Positions 11,367-19,887 of a stretch of DNA of 36,843 bases are shown one piece after another. The notes under the pieces were generated by a model. It had not been told where the DNA came from. It made no database searches and saw only the letters and a program-made list of their open reading frames with translations. A program made the position numbers and the translations under genes. The stretch comes from Candidatus Nanopelagicales bacterium (GTDB lineage Bacteria > Actinomycetota > Actinomycetes > S36-B12 > UBA5976), in assembly GCA_044239795.1 (NCBI GenBank), contig JBIIAS010000002.1, forward strand, positions 1-36,843, written 5' to 3'. Each line of letters begins with the position of its first letter. Position 1 is the first letter of the stretch.

Positions 11367-11394
11367 TTGGCTCAGGCGCGCGGTCAGTTAGACT
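11367..11394 (+). promoter_or_regulatory. candidate promoter TTGGCT-16 nt-TAGACT giving a leaderless EamA transcript
   Basis: The -35-like TTGGCT (11367-11372) and -10 TAGACT (11389-11394) are 16 nt apart. The ATG at 11401 begins 7 nt after the -10 and has no Shine-Dalgarno upstream. Confidence 0.4.
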
Positions 11395-11400
11395 GTCGGA

Positions 11401-12228
11401 ATGCCGATAATTCTCGCCCTGCTATCCAGTCTGGTCTGGGGCTTAGCCGACTTCTTGGGTGGAACACTCAGCAAGAAACGCAAAGCGATTGCGGTTATCG
11501 GCGGTTCGCAATCTTTCGGACTACTTTTCGCAACCACATTGGCCTTGGCGTTCGGCTTGTGGACGTGGGACACCACTGTTTGGATTAACGGAATCATCGC
11601 AGGTGCAATGGGCCTGTTGGGTCTTGTTGGTTTTTATACAGCACTTGCTACTGGCCAAATGGGTATTGTTGCGCCAATTTCATCACTAAGCGCAGTTGTG
11701 CCAGTAACAATCGGCCTAGTCCAAGGTGAGCGACCAGGCACTTTGCAAGTAGCGGGAATTGTGATTGCACTTATCGGCGTAATTTTGGCAAGTGGTCCAG
11801 AGCTCAATGGCAAAGTTGATCCTCGACCTGTCTTCTTGGCGCTCTTTGCTGCAGTATCTTTTGGTTTTTGTGTTTACTTCATGGCCAAGGGTGGACAGAT
11901 AAATCCCACCATGACAATCACTGCGATGCGCGCAACTCAAGTTGCAATAGTTCTAGTCTTAGCGCTGGCGCTTAGATCTCTTGGTGGACTGATTAAGAAG
12001 GACATTCCATTACTAGCAACAATTGGTGCGACTGATGCCGGTGCGAATATCTTGTTCGCGTTCGCAGCATCACTTGGATTACTTTCCGTTGTAGCAGTAC
12101 TTGGATCGCTTTACCCAATCGTCACCGTGTTACTTGCTTGGTGGATTCACAAAGAACGATTAATACCGGTTCAGTACCTTGGAATTGTCGTTACATTTAG
12201 TGGCGTTGCGCTAATTGCGGTCGGTTAG
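11401..12228 (+). CDS. EamA/DMT family transporter
   Basis: 275-aa ORF with about 10 hydrophobic segments and a duplicated EamA-type architecture. The N-terminus ALLSSLVWGLADFLGG is typical of the family. Confidence 0.8.
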   Translation: MPIILALLSSLVWGLADFLGGTLSKKRKAIAVIGGSQSFGLLFATTLALAFGLWTWDTTVWINGIIAGAMGLLGLVGFYTALATGQMGIVAPISSLSAVVPVTIGLVQGERPGTLQVAGIVIALIGVILASGPELNGKVDPRPVFLALFAAVSFGFCVYFMAKGGQINPTMTITAMRATQVAIVLVLALALRSLGGLIKKDIPLLATIGATDAGANILFAFAASLGLLSVVAVLGSLYPIVTVLLAWWIHKERLIPVQYLGIVVTFSGVALIAVG

Positions 12229-12632
12229 TTTTTATCTTCAATCAGTGTCATCGAAATTGAGTTGATGCAATAACGCAAGTCTGTTGGGGTTTTGTATCCT
12301 TCGCCTTCAAATACGTGACCCAAGTGCGAATCGCAAGCAGCACATCTAATTTCAGTTCGAACCATGCCATGTGACATGTCCTTGATTTCAGTTATGGTCT
12401 CGGCGGCTAGGGGAGTAAAGAATGATGGCCAGCCACAACCACTGTGGAACTTTGCATCACTTCGGAATAGTTCTACGCCACAAGCGCGACAAGCGTAGAT
12501 GCCGTTAGTTTCGGTATCGGTGTATTCGCCAATGAAAGGTGCTTCGGTGCCGGATTCGCGCAATACGCGATATTCTTCAGAACTTAACTCAGCTCGCCAT
12601 TGCTCATCAGACTTAACAACTTTTTCACTCAT
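12225..12632 (-). CDS. msrB: peptide-methionine (R)-S-oxide reductase
   Basis: 135-aa ORF with two zinc CxxC pairs (CRACG, CAACD), the GHVF motif and the catalytic RYCINS motif. Confidence 0.95.
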   Translation of the reverse strand: MSEKVVKSDEQWRAELSSEEYRVLRESGTEAPFIGEYTDTETNGIYACRACGVELFRSDAKFHSGCGWPSFFTPLAAETITEIKDMSHGMVRTEIRCAACDSHLGHVFEGEGYKTPTDLRYCINSISMTLIEDKN

Positions 12633-12689
12633 GGTTAAAGGCTAGAGCAACGGCACACTTCTTGCGAGTGCAAGGCCAGCAGGTGGTAG

Positions 12690-13388
12690 TTAACTGCGCA
12701 ACAATCGCTTGAATTCAAAGTCACCTGAAATAGCGCTTCCTGCCTCAACCCAATCAGATGTCTTTGGCAGCGCATCAGCCCATTGCGGCGTGCCACCTAC
12801 AGTAAGCGGAGAAATTGTTAGGTCATACTCGTCGATTGCATCTGATTTAAGTAACTGAGCAAGCAAACTCGGGCCGCCTTCGCAAGTGACCTTACGTAGC
12901 CCAAGTTCAAATAGGTTTGCAATTAAGTTCGTAGCAATTCTTGAGGGATCTTCGTCAGATAGTTGAATCACGTGCGCAATCTTTAAAAGCGCGGCAGAAG
13001 GTGTTGTTGTTCCAACATTGAAAACTATGGTTGGTTCTTGACCTCCGTTGAATAGCGGTGAAGTTAAGTCAAATTCCAGACTTGAACTAACCACGGCAAG
13101 TCTTGGTGGCTTGCGATCGAGAAAGGCAAACTCGTCACGAGCTTTGGGTTGGCGATAGTTTTCATTTCGTGCTGTGTTGGCACCAACTAAAACCACATCA
13201 GATAGCGCGCGAAGAAGTAACAAAAGTTTTAAGTCACTTTCGCCGGTGAGATCTCGAGACGAATCGCTTGGACCAACGAAGTGTCCATCTTGGGAAATGA
13301 TCATGTTTGCTCGAACCCAATTTTGTGAATCTGATTCGTAATGCGCAGCGATGTCTGGAAGTGATGCCAGCTGTGGGTCCAAAATCAA
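12690..13388 (-). CDS. RibD C-terminal domain / dihydrofolate-reductase-like pyrimidine reductase family protein
   Basis: 232-aa ORF with VLVGANTAR and CEGGPSLLAQLLKSDAIDEYDLTISPLTVGG, which resemble the RibD_C fold signature. Confidence 0.7.
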   Translation of the reverse strand: MILDPQLASLPDIAAHYESDSQNWVRANMIISQDGHFVGPSDSSRDLTGESDLKLLLLLRALSDVVLVGANTARNENYRQPKARDEFAFLDRKPPRLAVVSSSLEFDLTSPLFNGGQEPTIVFNVGTTTPSAALLKIAHVIQLSDEDPSRIATNLIANLFELGLRKVTCEGGPSLLAQLLKSDAIDEYDLTISPLTVGGTPQWADALPKTSDWVEAGSAISGDFEFKRLLRS

Positions 13389-13416
13389 AAGATTTTCCTG
13401 ACTTAGTTTTTCGTGA

Positions 13417-13493
13417 TGGTGGTCGATACAGGACTTGAACCTGTGACCTCTTCCATGTCAAGGAAGCGCGCTAGCCAACTGCGCCAATCGACC
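13417..13493 (-). tRNA. tRNA-Val (anticodon GAC), CCA encoded
   Basis: The reverse complement folds by hand into a cloverleaf: acceptor GGTCGAT/ATCGACC, anticodon stem CTTCC/GGAAG with loop TTGACAT, T arm ACAGG-TTCAAGT-CCTGT, discriminator A and an encoded CCA. Confidence 0.9.
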
Positions 13494-13547
13494 GTTGTGG
13501 AACGGATGTTTAGTTTTTTTACTTCGCTTACTCTTTGTGCACTAACG

Positions 13548-13618
13548 AGGTGGAGACGGGATTTGAACCCGTGTACAGGGATTTGCAGTCCCTTGCCTCG
13601 CCTCTCGGCCACTCCACC
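13548..13618 (-). tRNA. tRNA-Cys (anticodon GCA)
   Basis: The reverse complement is GGTGGAGTGGCCGAGAGGCGAGGCAAGGGACTGCAAATCCCTGTACACGGGTTCAAATCCCGTCTCCACCT. Acceptor is GGTGGAG/CTCCACC, anticodon stem AGGGA/TCCCT, loop CTGCAAA. No CCA is encoded. Confidence 0.9.
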
Positions 13619-13644
13619 GGGGTCGCCCAATGTGAGCTCTTCCG

Positions 13645-13716
13645 AGCGGATGACGGGATTCGAACCCGCGACCCTCACCTTGGCAAGGTGATGCTCTACC
13701 ACTGAGCCACATCCGC
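13645..13716 (-). tRNA. tRNA-Gly (anticodon GCC)
   Basis: The reverse complement is GCGGATGTGGCTCAGTGGTAGAGCATCACCTTGCCAAGGTGAGGGTCGCGGGTTCGAATCCCGTCATCCGCT. Anticodon stem is TCACC/GGTGA with loop TTGCCAA. No CCA is encoded. The Gly-Cys-Val order is a common actinobacterial cluster. Confidence 0.9.
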
Positions 13717-13801
13717 GTACAGGCTATGCCTGACCCCGTTACCTTAGCCCAATTACGGGATGGGTTCAAAGTCAGCCTGCGAAGGTTCGTAAAGTGGAGG
13801 C

Positions 13802-14881
13802 ATGAGTCAGGGCCAAGCAGTTGCTATTTTCGGCGACTTTATGGCGACAAACTTCATTGAAGCAACCACTGATGTCAGCAGATTAGATGATGCAGGCTGG
13901 TGGGCAGTAACCCAGACTTTTGAGGGTGATTTTCAGGCCTTCAGATTTAGCGGTCTCGAACCACTTGATTTGAATAAGTTAGCTGAGCTTGGTCACGATC
14001 TAAGTCATGAAGCTGTTGACGAGCAGTCATGGACATCGTCAATGTCAATGCCGCAATATGTCGATGCAGTCGAAGGTATCAGACAAGACATTGCACGCGG
14101 CTGGGTCTATCAGGCGAATTTATGCAGAGTGCTCAGTGCTCCGTTAGCAAACGACTTGAATGTTGTGGCGTTGTGGAAGCTGTTGTCGGAGCACAATCCC
14201 GCTCCTTATCTGAGTGCATTACAAGTGCCAGCTTCGCTGTCTGGTCTAGCTACTGATGTTCGAATTGTTAGCGCTTCACCGGAACTATTTCTATCGCGCA
14301 AAAATCAAGTCTTACGATCCAGTCCTATCAAAGGAACGGCGCGCGTAGCCAGTGAGCTACTGGAAAAAGATCAAACAGAAAACATAATGATTGTTGATTT
14401 AGTGCGAAATGATCTTGGCCAAGTTTGCCAATCTGGATCAGTTCAGGTTGTTGACCTATTGCGACTGGAAGAACATCCGGGCTTGGTTCATTTAGTTTCG
14501 GATGTCGAAGGCACTTTGCCGGGCGGTGTCGGTTGGCAAAAAATCTTTGCCGCACTCACGCCACCAGGCTCAGTTAGTGGAGCTCCAAAGAGCAGTGCGC
14601 TCGAAGTAATTCAGCGCCTGGAAACCAGCGTACGCGGAATTTACTGTGGGGGATTCGGTTGGGTTAATGCTGACAACAAGTCTGCGGAACTAGCAGTTGG
14701 AATCCGCACCTTTTGGCAGAGCGCTACATCTGACTCAAAGTCTTTGCACTTTGGGACTGGGGCTGGAATTACTTGGGCAAGTGATCCTGAAGGCGAATGG
14801 TATGAGACTGAGTTAAAGGCCTCACACTTGTTGTCGATTGCAGCCATGTCCTCAGCTACAAACTTTGCAACCAATGCATAG
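13802..14881 (+). CDS. pabB: aminodeoxychorismate synthase component I (chorismate-binding enzyme, short form)
   Basis: 359-aa ORF with chorismate-utilising motifs SPELFL, PIKGT, IVDLVRND, GSVSGAPK, RGIYCGGFGW and GAGITWASDPEGEW. It is assigned PabB rather than TrpE or MenF because a class IV aminotransferase follows. The GGAGG lies only 1 nt from the ATG, so the exact start is uncertain. Confidence 0.75.
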   Translation: MSQGQAVAIFGDFMATNFIEATTDVSRLDDAGWWAVTQTFEGDFQAFRFSGLEPLDLNKLAELGHDLSHEAVDEQSWTSSMSMPQYVDAVEGIRQDIARGWVYQANLCRVLSAPLANDLNVVALWKLLSEHNPAPYLSALQVPASLSGLATDVRIVSASPELFLSRKNQVLRSSPIKGTARVASELLEKDQTENIMIVDLVRNDLGQVCQSGSVQVVDLLRLEEHPGLVHLVSDVEGTLPGGVGWQKIFAALTPPGSVSGAPKSSALEVIQRLETSVRGIYCGGFGWVNADNKSAELAVGIRTFWQSATSDSKSLHFGTGAGITWASDPEGEWYETELKASHLLSIAAMSSATNFATNA

Positions 14882-14895
14882 GTAGGCTTACAGCT

Positions 14896-15768
14896 ATGGC
14901 GGTAACTCACTTTTGGATTAACGATGAACTCGTTCCAATTGTGGATGCCAAGGTAAGCGTGCTTGATCATGGATTCACTGTTGCTGATGGCGTATTCGAA
15001 ACTCTTTTGGTCAAAGACGGAGAAGCTTTTGCCCTTGATCGACATCTAGCCCGCTTAGCCAAATCAGCATCCGGACTTGGAATTTCTATGCCAGATGTTG
15101 CTGTTATTTCAAACGGAGTCTCACAAGTCCTAACTACTAATCCAAAAGTAGATTTTGGTCGACTACGAATCACGGTAACGAGTGGCTCTGGTCCACTTGG
15201 ATCAGATAGAACTTCCGCAGCGCCAACTTTGGTAATCTCACTTGCCGAGCAAGCTGCGTGGCCAGTTAGCACCAAGGTTCTTTTAGTGCCTTGGACTAGA
15301 AATGAAAACTCGCCACTTGCTGGATTAAAGACAACTTCATATGCAGAAAATGTCTATGCACTTGATGCAGCGAAGAGCCAAGGCTTCTCTGAGGCAATTT
15401 TTTGCGACACCTCGGGACGGCTTTGTGAAGGTACTGGATCAAACATCTTCCTAGTTAAGAATGATCAGATCTTCACTCCATCAGAAGCCAGCGGATTGCT
15501 CAGAGGAATCACCAGAGACTTAGTTATTGAATGGGCAAATGAGGCCGGATTTGTGGTCGTCGAGCGAAACGTAGATCCCAAAGAGCTATGGGATGCTGAT
15601 GAAGTGTTCATAACTTCCTCAACTAGAGACATCCATCCTGTTGCTGAACTAGCCAAGCTAGATAGCGCCGGAAATGTTGTGGATCGCAGGACCATAGTTC
15701 CAGGATTAGTAACGGAAAAACTGGGTAATATTTTTGTGACCCAGAGAGCTGAGAAGTTGAATCCATGA
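14896..15768 (+). CDS. pabC: class IV aminotransferase (aminodeoxychorismate lyase-like)
   Basis: 290-aa ORF with fold-type IV PLP features (LDHGFTVADGVFET, GLKTTSY, EGTGSNIF, GITR) located directly downstream of pabB. Confidence 0.7.
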   Translation: MAVTHFWINDELVPIVDAKVSVLDHGFTVADGVFETLLVKDGEAFALDRHLARLAKSASGLGISMPDVAVISNGVSQVLTTNPKVDFGRLRITVTSGSGPLGSDRTSAAPTLVISLAEQAAWPVSTKVLLVPWTRNENSPLAGLKTTSYAENVYALDAAKSQGFSEAIFCDTSGRLCEGTGSNIFLVKNDQIFTPSEASGLLRGITRDLVIEWANEAGFVVVERNVDPKELWDADEVFITSSTRDIHPVAELAKLDSAGNVVDRRTIVPGLVTEKLGNIFVTQRAEKLNP

Positions 15769-16226
15769 AAAGCAATACTCCAGACACTGAGCAGCGTAAG
15801 TCCGTTGCTGACCGGATGTATGGCAATTACATGGGGCGTCGAAATTCGGCGAGAAAAAACCGCGCGCTAGATGCAACTTGGCGCGGCATCATTTTGGTCG
15901 TGGGGCTCACCTTGGTGGGACTTGGCTTGTTCTTCTTGCTTTTCCCTGGACCCGGCTGGGCGGTAATCATCATCGGTCTAATTATTTTGGCCACGGAATA
16001 TGCCTGGGCAAAGAGATTGCTTGATCCAGTAAAAGAATTCTCATCTCGGATTGCCAGGTTAGTTGTGAGTGAGGAGTATCGCACCAAGCGCAGCAACGTG
16101 ATCTTGATTATTACGTTTGTGGTTGTCGCTATTGCATATGCATACTGGGCAAAGTACGGTGCGACTATGCAGGGCTTTGAACCGATCTTGGTTCCGATCG
16201 AGAACCTGTTCAATCTCGAAATCTAG
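15765..16226 (+). CDS. PGPGW-domain (TIGR02611-like) small membrane protein
   Basis: 153-aa ORF with the diagnostic FPGPGWAVIIIGLIILATEYAWAKR segment between hydrophobic helices. ATGA overlap with pabC. Confidence 0.75.
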   Translation: MKSNTPDTEQRKSVADRMYGNYMGRRNSARKNRALDATWRGIILVVGLTLVGLGLFFLLFPGPGWAVIIIGLIILATEYAWAKRLLDPVKEFSSRIARLVVSEEYRTKRSNVILIITFVVVAIAYAYWAKYGATMQGFEPILVPIENLFNLEI

Positions 16227-16319
16227 TTCAAGGCCCGACTCTCGCCAGCGACCAAATATATGGTCATTTGCTTGCACTCCCATAGACTTTGAGGGTTACC
16301 GTATGAAAAGGAACGTTCC

Positions 16320-18326
16320 GTGCCACAAGTTCTAGTAGGACCTGATCGAATCTCAACTGAGGTCGATGCTGGCGCCTGCGCATATGACGTGGTCGGAGAT
16401 AAAGCCCGGCAAGTTGTGGTTGCTCGCGTCAATGGCGAAATTGTTGATTTGAGCCATGTGCTGCAAGACGGTGATTCGGTAGATCCAATCCTGATCAGTG
16501 ACCCAGAAGGACTTTCTGTCCTAAGGCACAGCGTTGCGCACATTGTCGCGCAAGCAACTCAATCGGTATTTGATGACGTAAAGCTTGGCATTGGACCGCC
16601 AATCAAAGATGGCTTCTTCTATGACTTTGGTACAACCCGAACATTTACTCCTGACGATCTTGTCACGATTGAAAAGAAGTGCGTCGAAATCATCAACTCG
16701 GGACAGAAATTCTCTCGACGCGTTACAAATCGTGAGGCAGCACGCTCCGAGTTGAGTAACGAGCCATTCAAGATTCGGTTACTTGGAGCTGACGAAGACG
16801 CCACAGTCATGTCAGAAGATGTAATGGAAGTGGGCGGCGGCGAACTCACGATTTACGACAACATCGATCTTCGCAGTGGTGAGCTTCGCTGGTGCGATTT
16901 ATGCCGTGGTCCACACGTTCCTGATACTCGTTACATCGATGCTCGAGCCATCAAGTTGATGCGTACTTCAGCTGCATACTGGCTTGGCGATCAAAAGAAT
17001 GAGTCAATGCAGCGTGTGTATGGAACTGCTTGGCCAACTAAAGATGGTTTGAAGCAGTACTTAACCATGCTGGAAGAAGCCGAGAAGCGCGATCATCGCC
17101 GCCTAGGTGTTGATTTAGATCTTTTCTCATTCCCAGACGAAATAGGTTCAGGCCTTGCGGTATTCCATCCAAAGGGCGGAATCATTCGCCGACAGATGGA
17201 AGATTATTCGCGCATTCGTCATGAGGATGCCGGTTACCAATTTGTTTACACACCACACATCACTAAAGGTGCGTTGTTTGAACAGTCTGGCCACTTGGAT
17301 TGGTATCGCGAAGGAATGTTCCCTGCTATGCACCTTGATGAAGAGTTGCATGAAGATGGCACAGTAAAGCGCCAAGGTCAGGACTATTACCTGAAGCCAA
17401 TGAACTGCCCATTCCATAACTTGATTTACAAGTCACGCGGTCGTTCATATCGCGAGCTTCCACTACGACTTTTCGAATTCGGTTCGGTTTATCGATACGA
17501 ACGTTCTGGCGTTATTCACGGCTTAACTCGTGTGCGCGGCATGACACAAGACGATGCGCATATTTACTGCACCCCAGAACAAATGGGTGGAGAGCTGCAA
17601 AACCTTCTAGGTTTCGTACTGGATCTGTTGCGCGATTATGGTTTGGATGATTTTTATCTAGAGCTTTCAACCCGCAATCCTGAAAAATCAATTGGAACAG
17701 AAGCGGAATGGGAGCAAGCAACTGCGGCACTTGCTGAAGCTGCGCAACTATCTGGTCTTGAATTAGTTCCGGACCCAGGTGGCGCAGCCTTCTACGGTCC
17801 AAAAATTTCCGTGCAAGCTCGCGATGCAATCGGTAGAACTTGGCAGATGTCAACGATTCAAGTGGACTTCCAGTTGCCACAGCGATTCGAACTTGAATAC
17901 CAAGCATCTGATGGCACTCGAAGTCGCCCAATTATGATTCACCGAGCGCTGTTTGGCTCAATCGAACGATTCTTTGGCGTATTGCTTGAGCATTACGCAG
18001 GTGCATTCCCGCCATGGCTAGCGCCAGTGCAAGTAGTTGGTATCCCAATTGCTGGTGCGCATGTTGATTACTTGGAAGATGTTGCTGCGCAACTTCGGGC
18101 TAAAGGCATTCGAGTTGAAGTAGATGGTTCCGACGAGCGAATGCAAAAGAAGATCCGCACCGCACAAACTCAAAAAGTCCCATTTATGTTGATTGCTGGC
18201 GACGAAGACATCTCAGCGGGCGCAGTTTCATTCCGATACCGCGATGGCACTCAGGAAAATGCTGTGCCAGTTGCCGACGCGATTAACAAGATCGTCGAGA
18301 TCGTAACTTCACGCGTTCAAATCTGA
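16320..18326 (+). CDS. thrS: threonine--tRNA ligase
   Basis: 668-aa ORF with a GTG start after AAAGGAA. It has a TGS-like N-terminus, a second additional domain, class II core motifs ([45 protein letters not shown]) and a C-terminal anticodon-binding domain. Confidence 0.97.
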   Translation: MPQVLVGPDRISTEVDAGACAYDVVGDKARQVVVARVNGEIVDLSHVLQDGDSVDPILISDPEGLSVLRHSVAHIVAQATQSVFDDVKLGIGPPIKDGFFYDFGTTRTFTPDDLVTIEKKCVEIINSGQKFSRRVTNREAARSELSNEPFKIRLLGADEDATVMSEDVMEVGGGELTIYDNIDLRSGELRWCDLCRGPHVPDTRYIDARAIKLMRTSAAYWLGDQKNESMQRVYGTAWPTKDGLKQYLTMLEEAEKRDHRRLGVDLDLFSFPDEIGSGLAVFHPKGGIIRRQMEDYSRIRHEDAGYQFVYTPHITKGALFEQSGHLDWYREGMFPAMHLDEELHEDGTVKRQGQDYYLKPMNCPFHNLIYKSRGRSYRELPLRLFEFGSVYRYERSGVIHGLTRVRGMTQDDAHIYCTPEQMGGELQNLLGFVLDLLRDYGLDDFYLELSTRNPEKSIGTEAEWEQATAALAEAAQLSGLELVPDPGGAAFYGPKISVQARDAIGRTWQMSTIQVDFQLPQRFELEYQASDGTRSRPIMIHRALFGSIERFFGVLLEHYAGAFPPWLAPVQVVGIPIAGAHVDYLEDVAAQLRAKGIRVEVDGSDERMQKKIRTAQTQKVPFMLIAGDEDISAGAVSFRYRDGTQENAVPVADAINKIVEIVTSRVQI

Positions 18327-18333
18327 GCTAAAG

Positions 18334-18852
18334 ATGTCAACTGATCCGCGCGGACCTCATGCATGGGACCGACTTTGGGCACCGCATCGCAAAGAATACT
18401 TGGCCGAAGAGGCTGGAAACTTCGATGCTGATTCATGTCCGTTTTGCATTGCGCAAGAAGTATCGGATTCCGAAGGACTCGTTGTAGTTCGCGGGAATAC
18501 CAGTTTTGTTGTGATGAACAAGTATCCATACAACAGCGGACACTTATTAGTTTGTACCAACCGACATGTGCCGCTTTACGATCAACTTACGCCTGAAGAA
18601 GTTACTGAAGTAGGCGAGCTAACTGCGCAAGCAATGCGAACTCTTCGATTAGTTGCCAAGGCTGATGGATTCAACATCGGATTGAATCAAGGCAACGTGG
18701 CAGGTGCTGGTATTGCGGACCACATTCATCAGCACATTGTGCCGCGCTGGGCTGGAGACATTAACTTCATGCCGATAGTTGGTGGAACAAAAGTTTTGCC
18801 AGAGTTAATTGAACAAACTCGATTATTGCTCTCAGAAAGTTGGAGCGACTAA
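18334..18852 (+). CDS. HIT family protein (Ap4A phosphorylase/GalT-like, Rv2613c-type)
   Basis: 172-aa ORF with the histidine triad HIHQHIVPRW and NKYPYNSGHLLV. It occupies the conserved position immediately after thrS. Confidence 0.85.
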   Translation: MSTDPRGPHAWDRLWAPHRKEYLAEEAGNFDADSCPFCIAQEVSDSEGLVVVRGNTSFVVMNKYPYNSGHLLVCTNRHVPLYDQLTPEEVTEVGELTAQAMRTLRLVAKADGFNIGLNQGNVAGAGIADHIHQHIVPRWAGDINFMPIVGGTKVLPELIEQTRLLLSESWSD

Positions 18853-19866
18853 GTTAGCGTTCGAGCTCTCGGTTGCAACAGTGCTACCTGGAGTCAAGTT
18901 AGATCCATTGATTGCGACCTGATTGGATTCGTGAATCGAAACTGATCTAGAGCCACCGTCAATTTTTTCGAAAAGTGCTGAACCGGTTTCAGGGCCCCAC
19001 ATACGTGCAAAATCTTCAGTAATTGAGATGCCAACGCGCTCGGTTGCTTCGAATGCATCACACGAAGAATCAGGCAAATTTAATACCGGGATCCAGACTG
19101 GATTAAGAATTGAAATCCAATTGCTGAATGTGTTAACTCCAACACCATCATCTATCGGTGTAATTGTTACAACATCGGGATGCAGCCACGCAGTTTCCAG
19201 TTTGGTCACGCTAATTGGCAATCCAGAAGTGTGATTCTCAAGCGTCGAATCATCCAGGCCAAGATATGCCAGTTGGTCAAATAAGTCTTCGCGCGCCGAG
19301 CTTGTAATCGCAATATGTTCTGGATCAGCTGCCTTAGTAACCCATTGTCCGTCAATCAAGGCATGAATTTCGCTAGTGAGAATGTCATAGACACCGGTTA
19401 GTGATAGTTCATCGTCAGAATCGATTGGTAGGTAACGCACCAGCAAATCTGGTTCAAGCACGCGACTGGCGATTGCGCACAATTCATCAAAGTCAGCTCG
19501 ACCATCCACGACGTTGAAAGCCAAGATGTGTCGAGGCAACGTAAGATCGCGCGCGTTAGACCAGAACTCAACAATTTTTGGATCTACACCAGCTGCGCCA
19601 TCAAGTGAGGCAACAAAAGCATCACAAGATTCCAGGATTCTTGGGTCCGCCTGCGAGGGACGATGCACGATCGCAACTACATGTGGAAACTTCTCAAAAG
19701 TAGCGAAAGGGGAGTTGCCTGTTGCTGGCTTTGCTCCGATGTTGGCGTAAACCTGCGCTAGGTCTGAAGTTTCCGAGGTAATTACGTAGATCAAGACGTG
19801 CGGATGCCCTGAGTGTGAGCCTTGACTCGGTAACATCGTCATATACCTACGAATAGTATCGGCCAT
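18832..19866 (-). CDS. hypothetical protein; truncated EF-G-like translational-GTPase fold with degenerate G motifs (putative pseudo-GTPase)
   Basis: 344-aa ORF. By eye it parallels the EF-G G, G' and early domain II segments. HVVAIVHRPSQ sits where xxNIIDTPGH would be. LPRHILAFNVVDGRADFDE sits where VPRIAFxNKMDxxGADF would be. YLPIDSDDELSLTGVYDILTSEIHAL matches QLPIGxEDxFxGxxDLxxMKA, and AREDLFDQLAYLGLDDSTLENHTSG matches ARExLxExxAexDdxLmEKYLeG. No GxxxxGK[ST] P-loop is present. Confidence 0.55.
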   Translation of the reverse strand: MADTIRRYMTMLPSQGSHSGHPHVLIYVITSETSDLAQVYANIGAKPATGNSPFATFEKFPHVVAIVHRPSQADPRILESCDAFVASLDGAAGVDPKIVEFWSNARDLTLPRHILAFNVVDGRADFDELCAIASRVLEPDLLVRYLPIDSDDELSLTGVYDILTSEIHALIDGQWVTKAADPEHIAITSSAREDLFDQLAYLGLDDSTLENHTSGLPISVTKLETAWLHPDVVTITPIDDGVGVNTFSNWISILNPVWIPVLNLPDSSCDAFEATERVGISITEDFARMWGPETGSALFEKIDGGSRSVSIHESNQVAINGSNLTPGSTVATESSNANLVAPTF

Positions 19867-19887
19867 TTGGCAGTAGAGGAATTTATC

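Noticed and set aside
13234-13769. ORF-track entries 13234..13461, 13403..13702, 13413..13691 and 13542..13769
   Set aside because: They run through the three tRNA genes and have Arg/Gly/Ser-rich, structure-derived translations. They are artefacts of the tRNA sequences.
16310-16319. 10-bp palindrome GGAACGTTCC abutting the thrS GTG start, considered as a possible autoregulatory operator or LexA-like half-sites
   Set aside because: It is too short and leaves no loop for an RNA hairpin. The GAAC/GTTC halves have 0-nt spacing instead of the N4 of an SOS box. The same GAACGTTC octamer also occurs inside thrS coding sequence (about 17503), suggesting chance.
16227-16319. T-box or other riboswitch leader upstream of thrS, and similar leaders upstream of pdxS, dxs and acnA
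   Set aside because: The intergenic regions are 58-93 bp, far shorter than any known T-box, TPP or PLP-type leader. I could not see any specifier or antiterminator-like structure.
19867-19887. TTG at 19867 as the pgsA start
   Set aside because: It would place two divergent start codons back to back. The GTG at 19888 has a GAGGAA SD at proper spacing and matches the length of mycobacterial PgsA1. This remains uncertain without experimental data.
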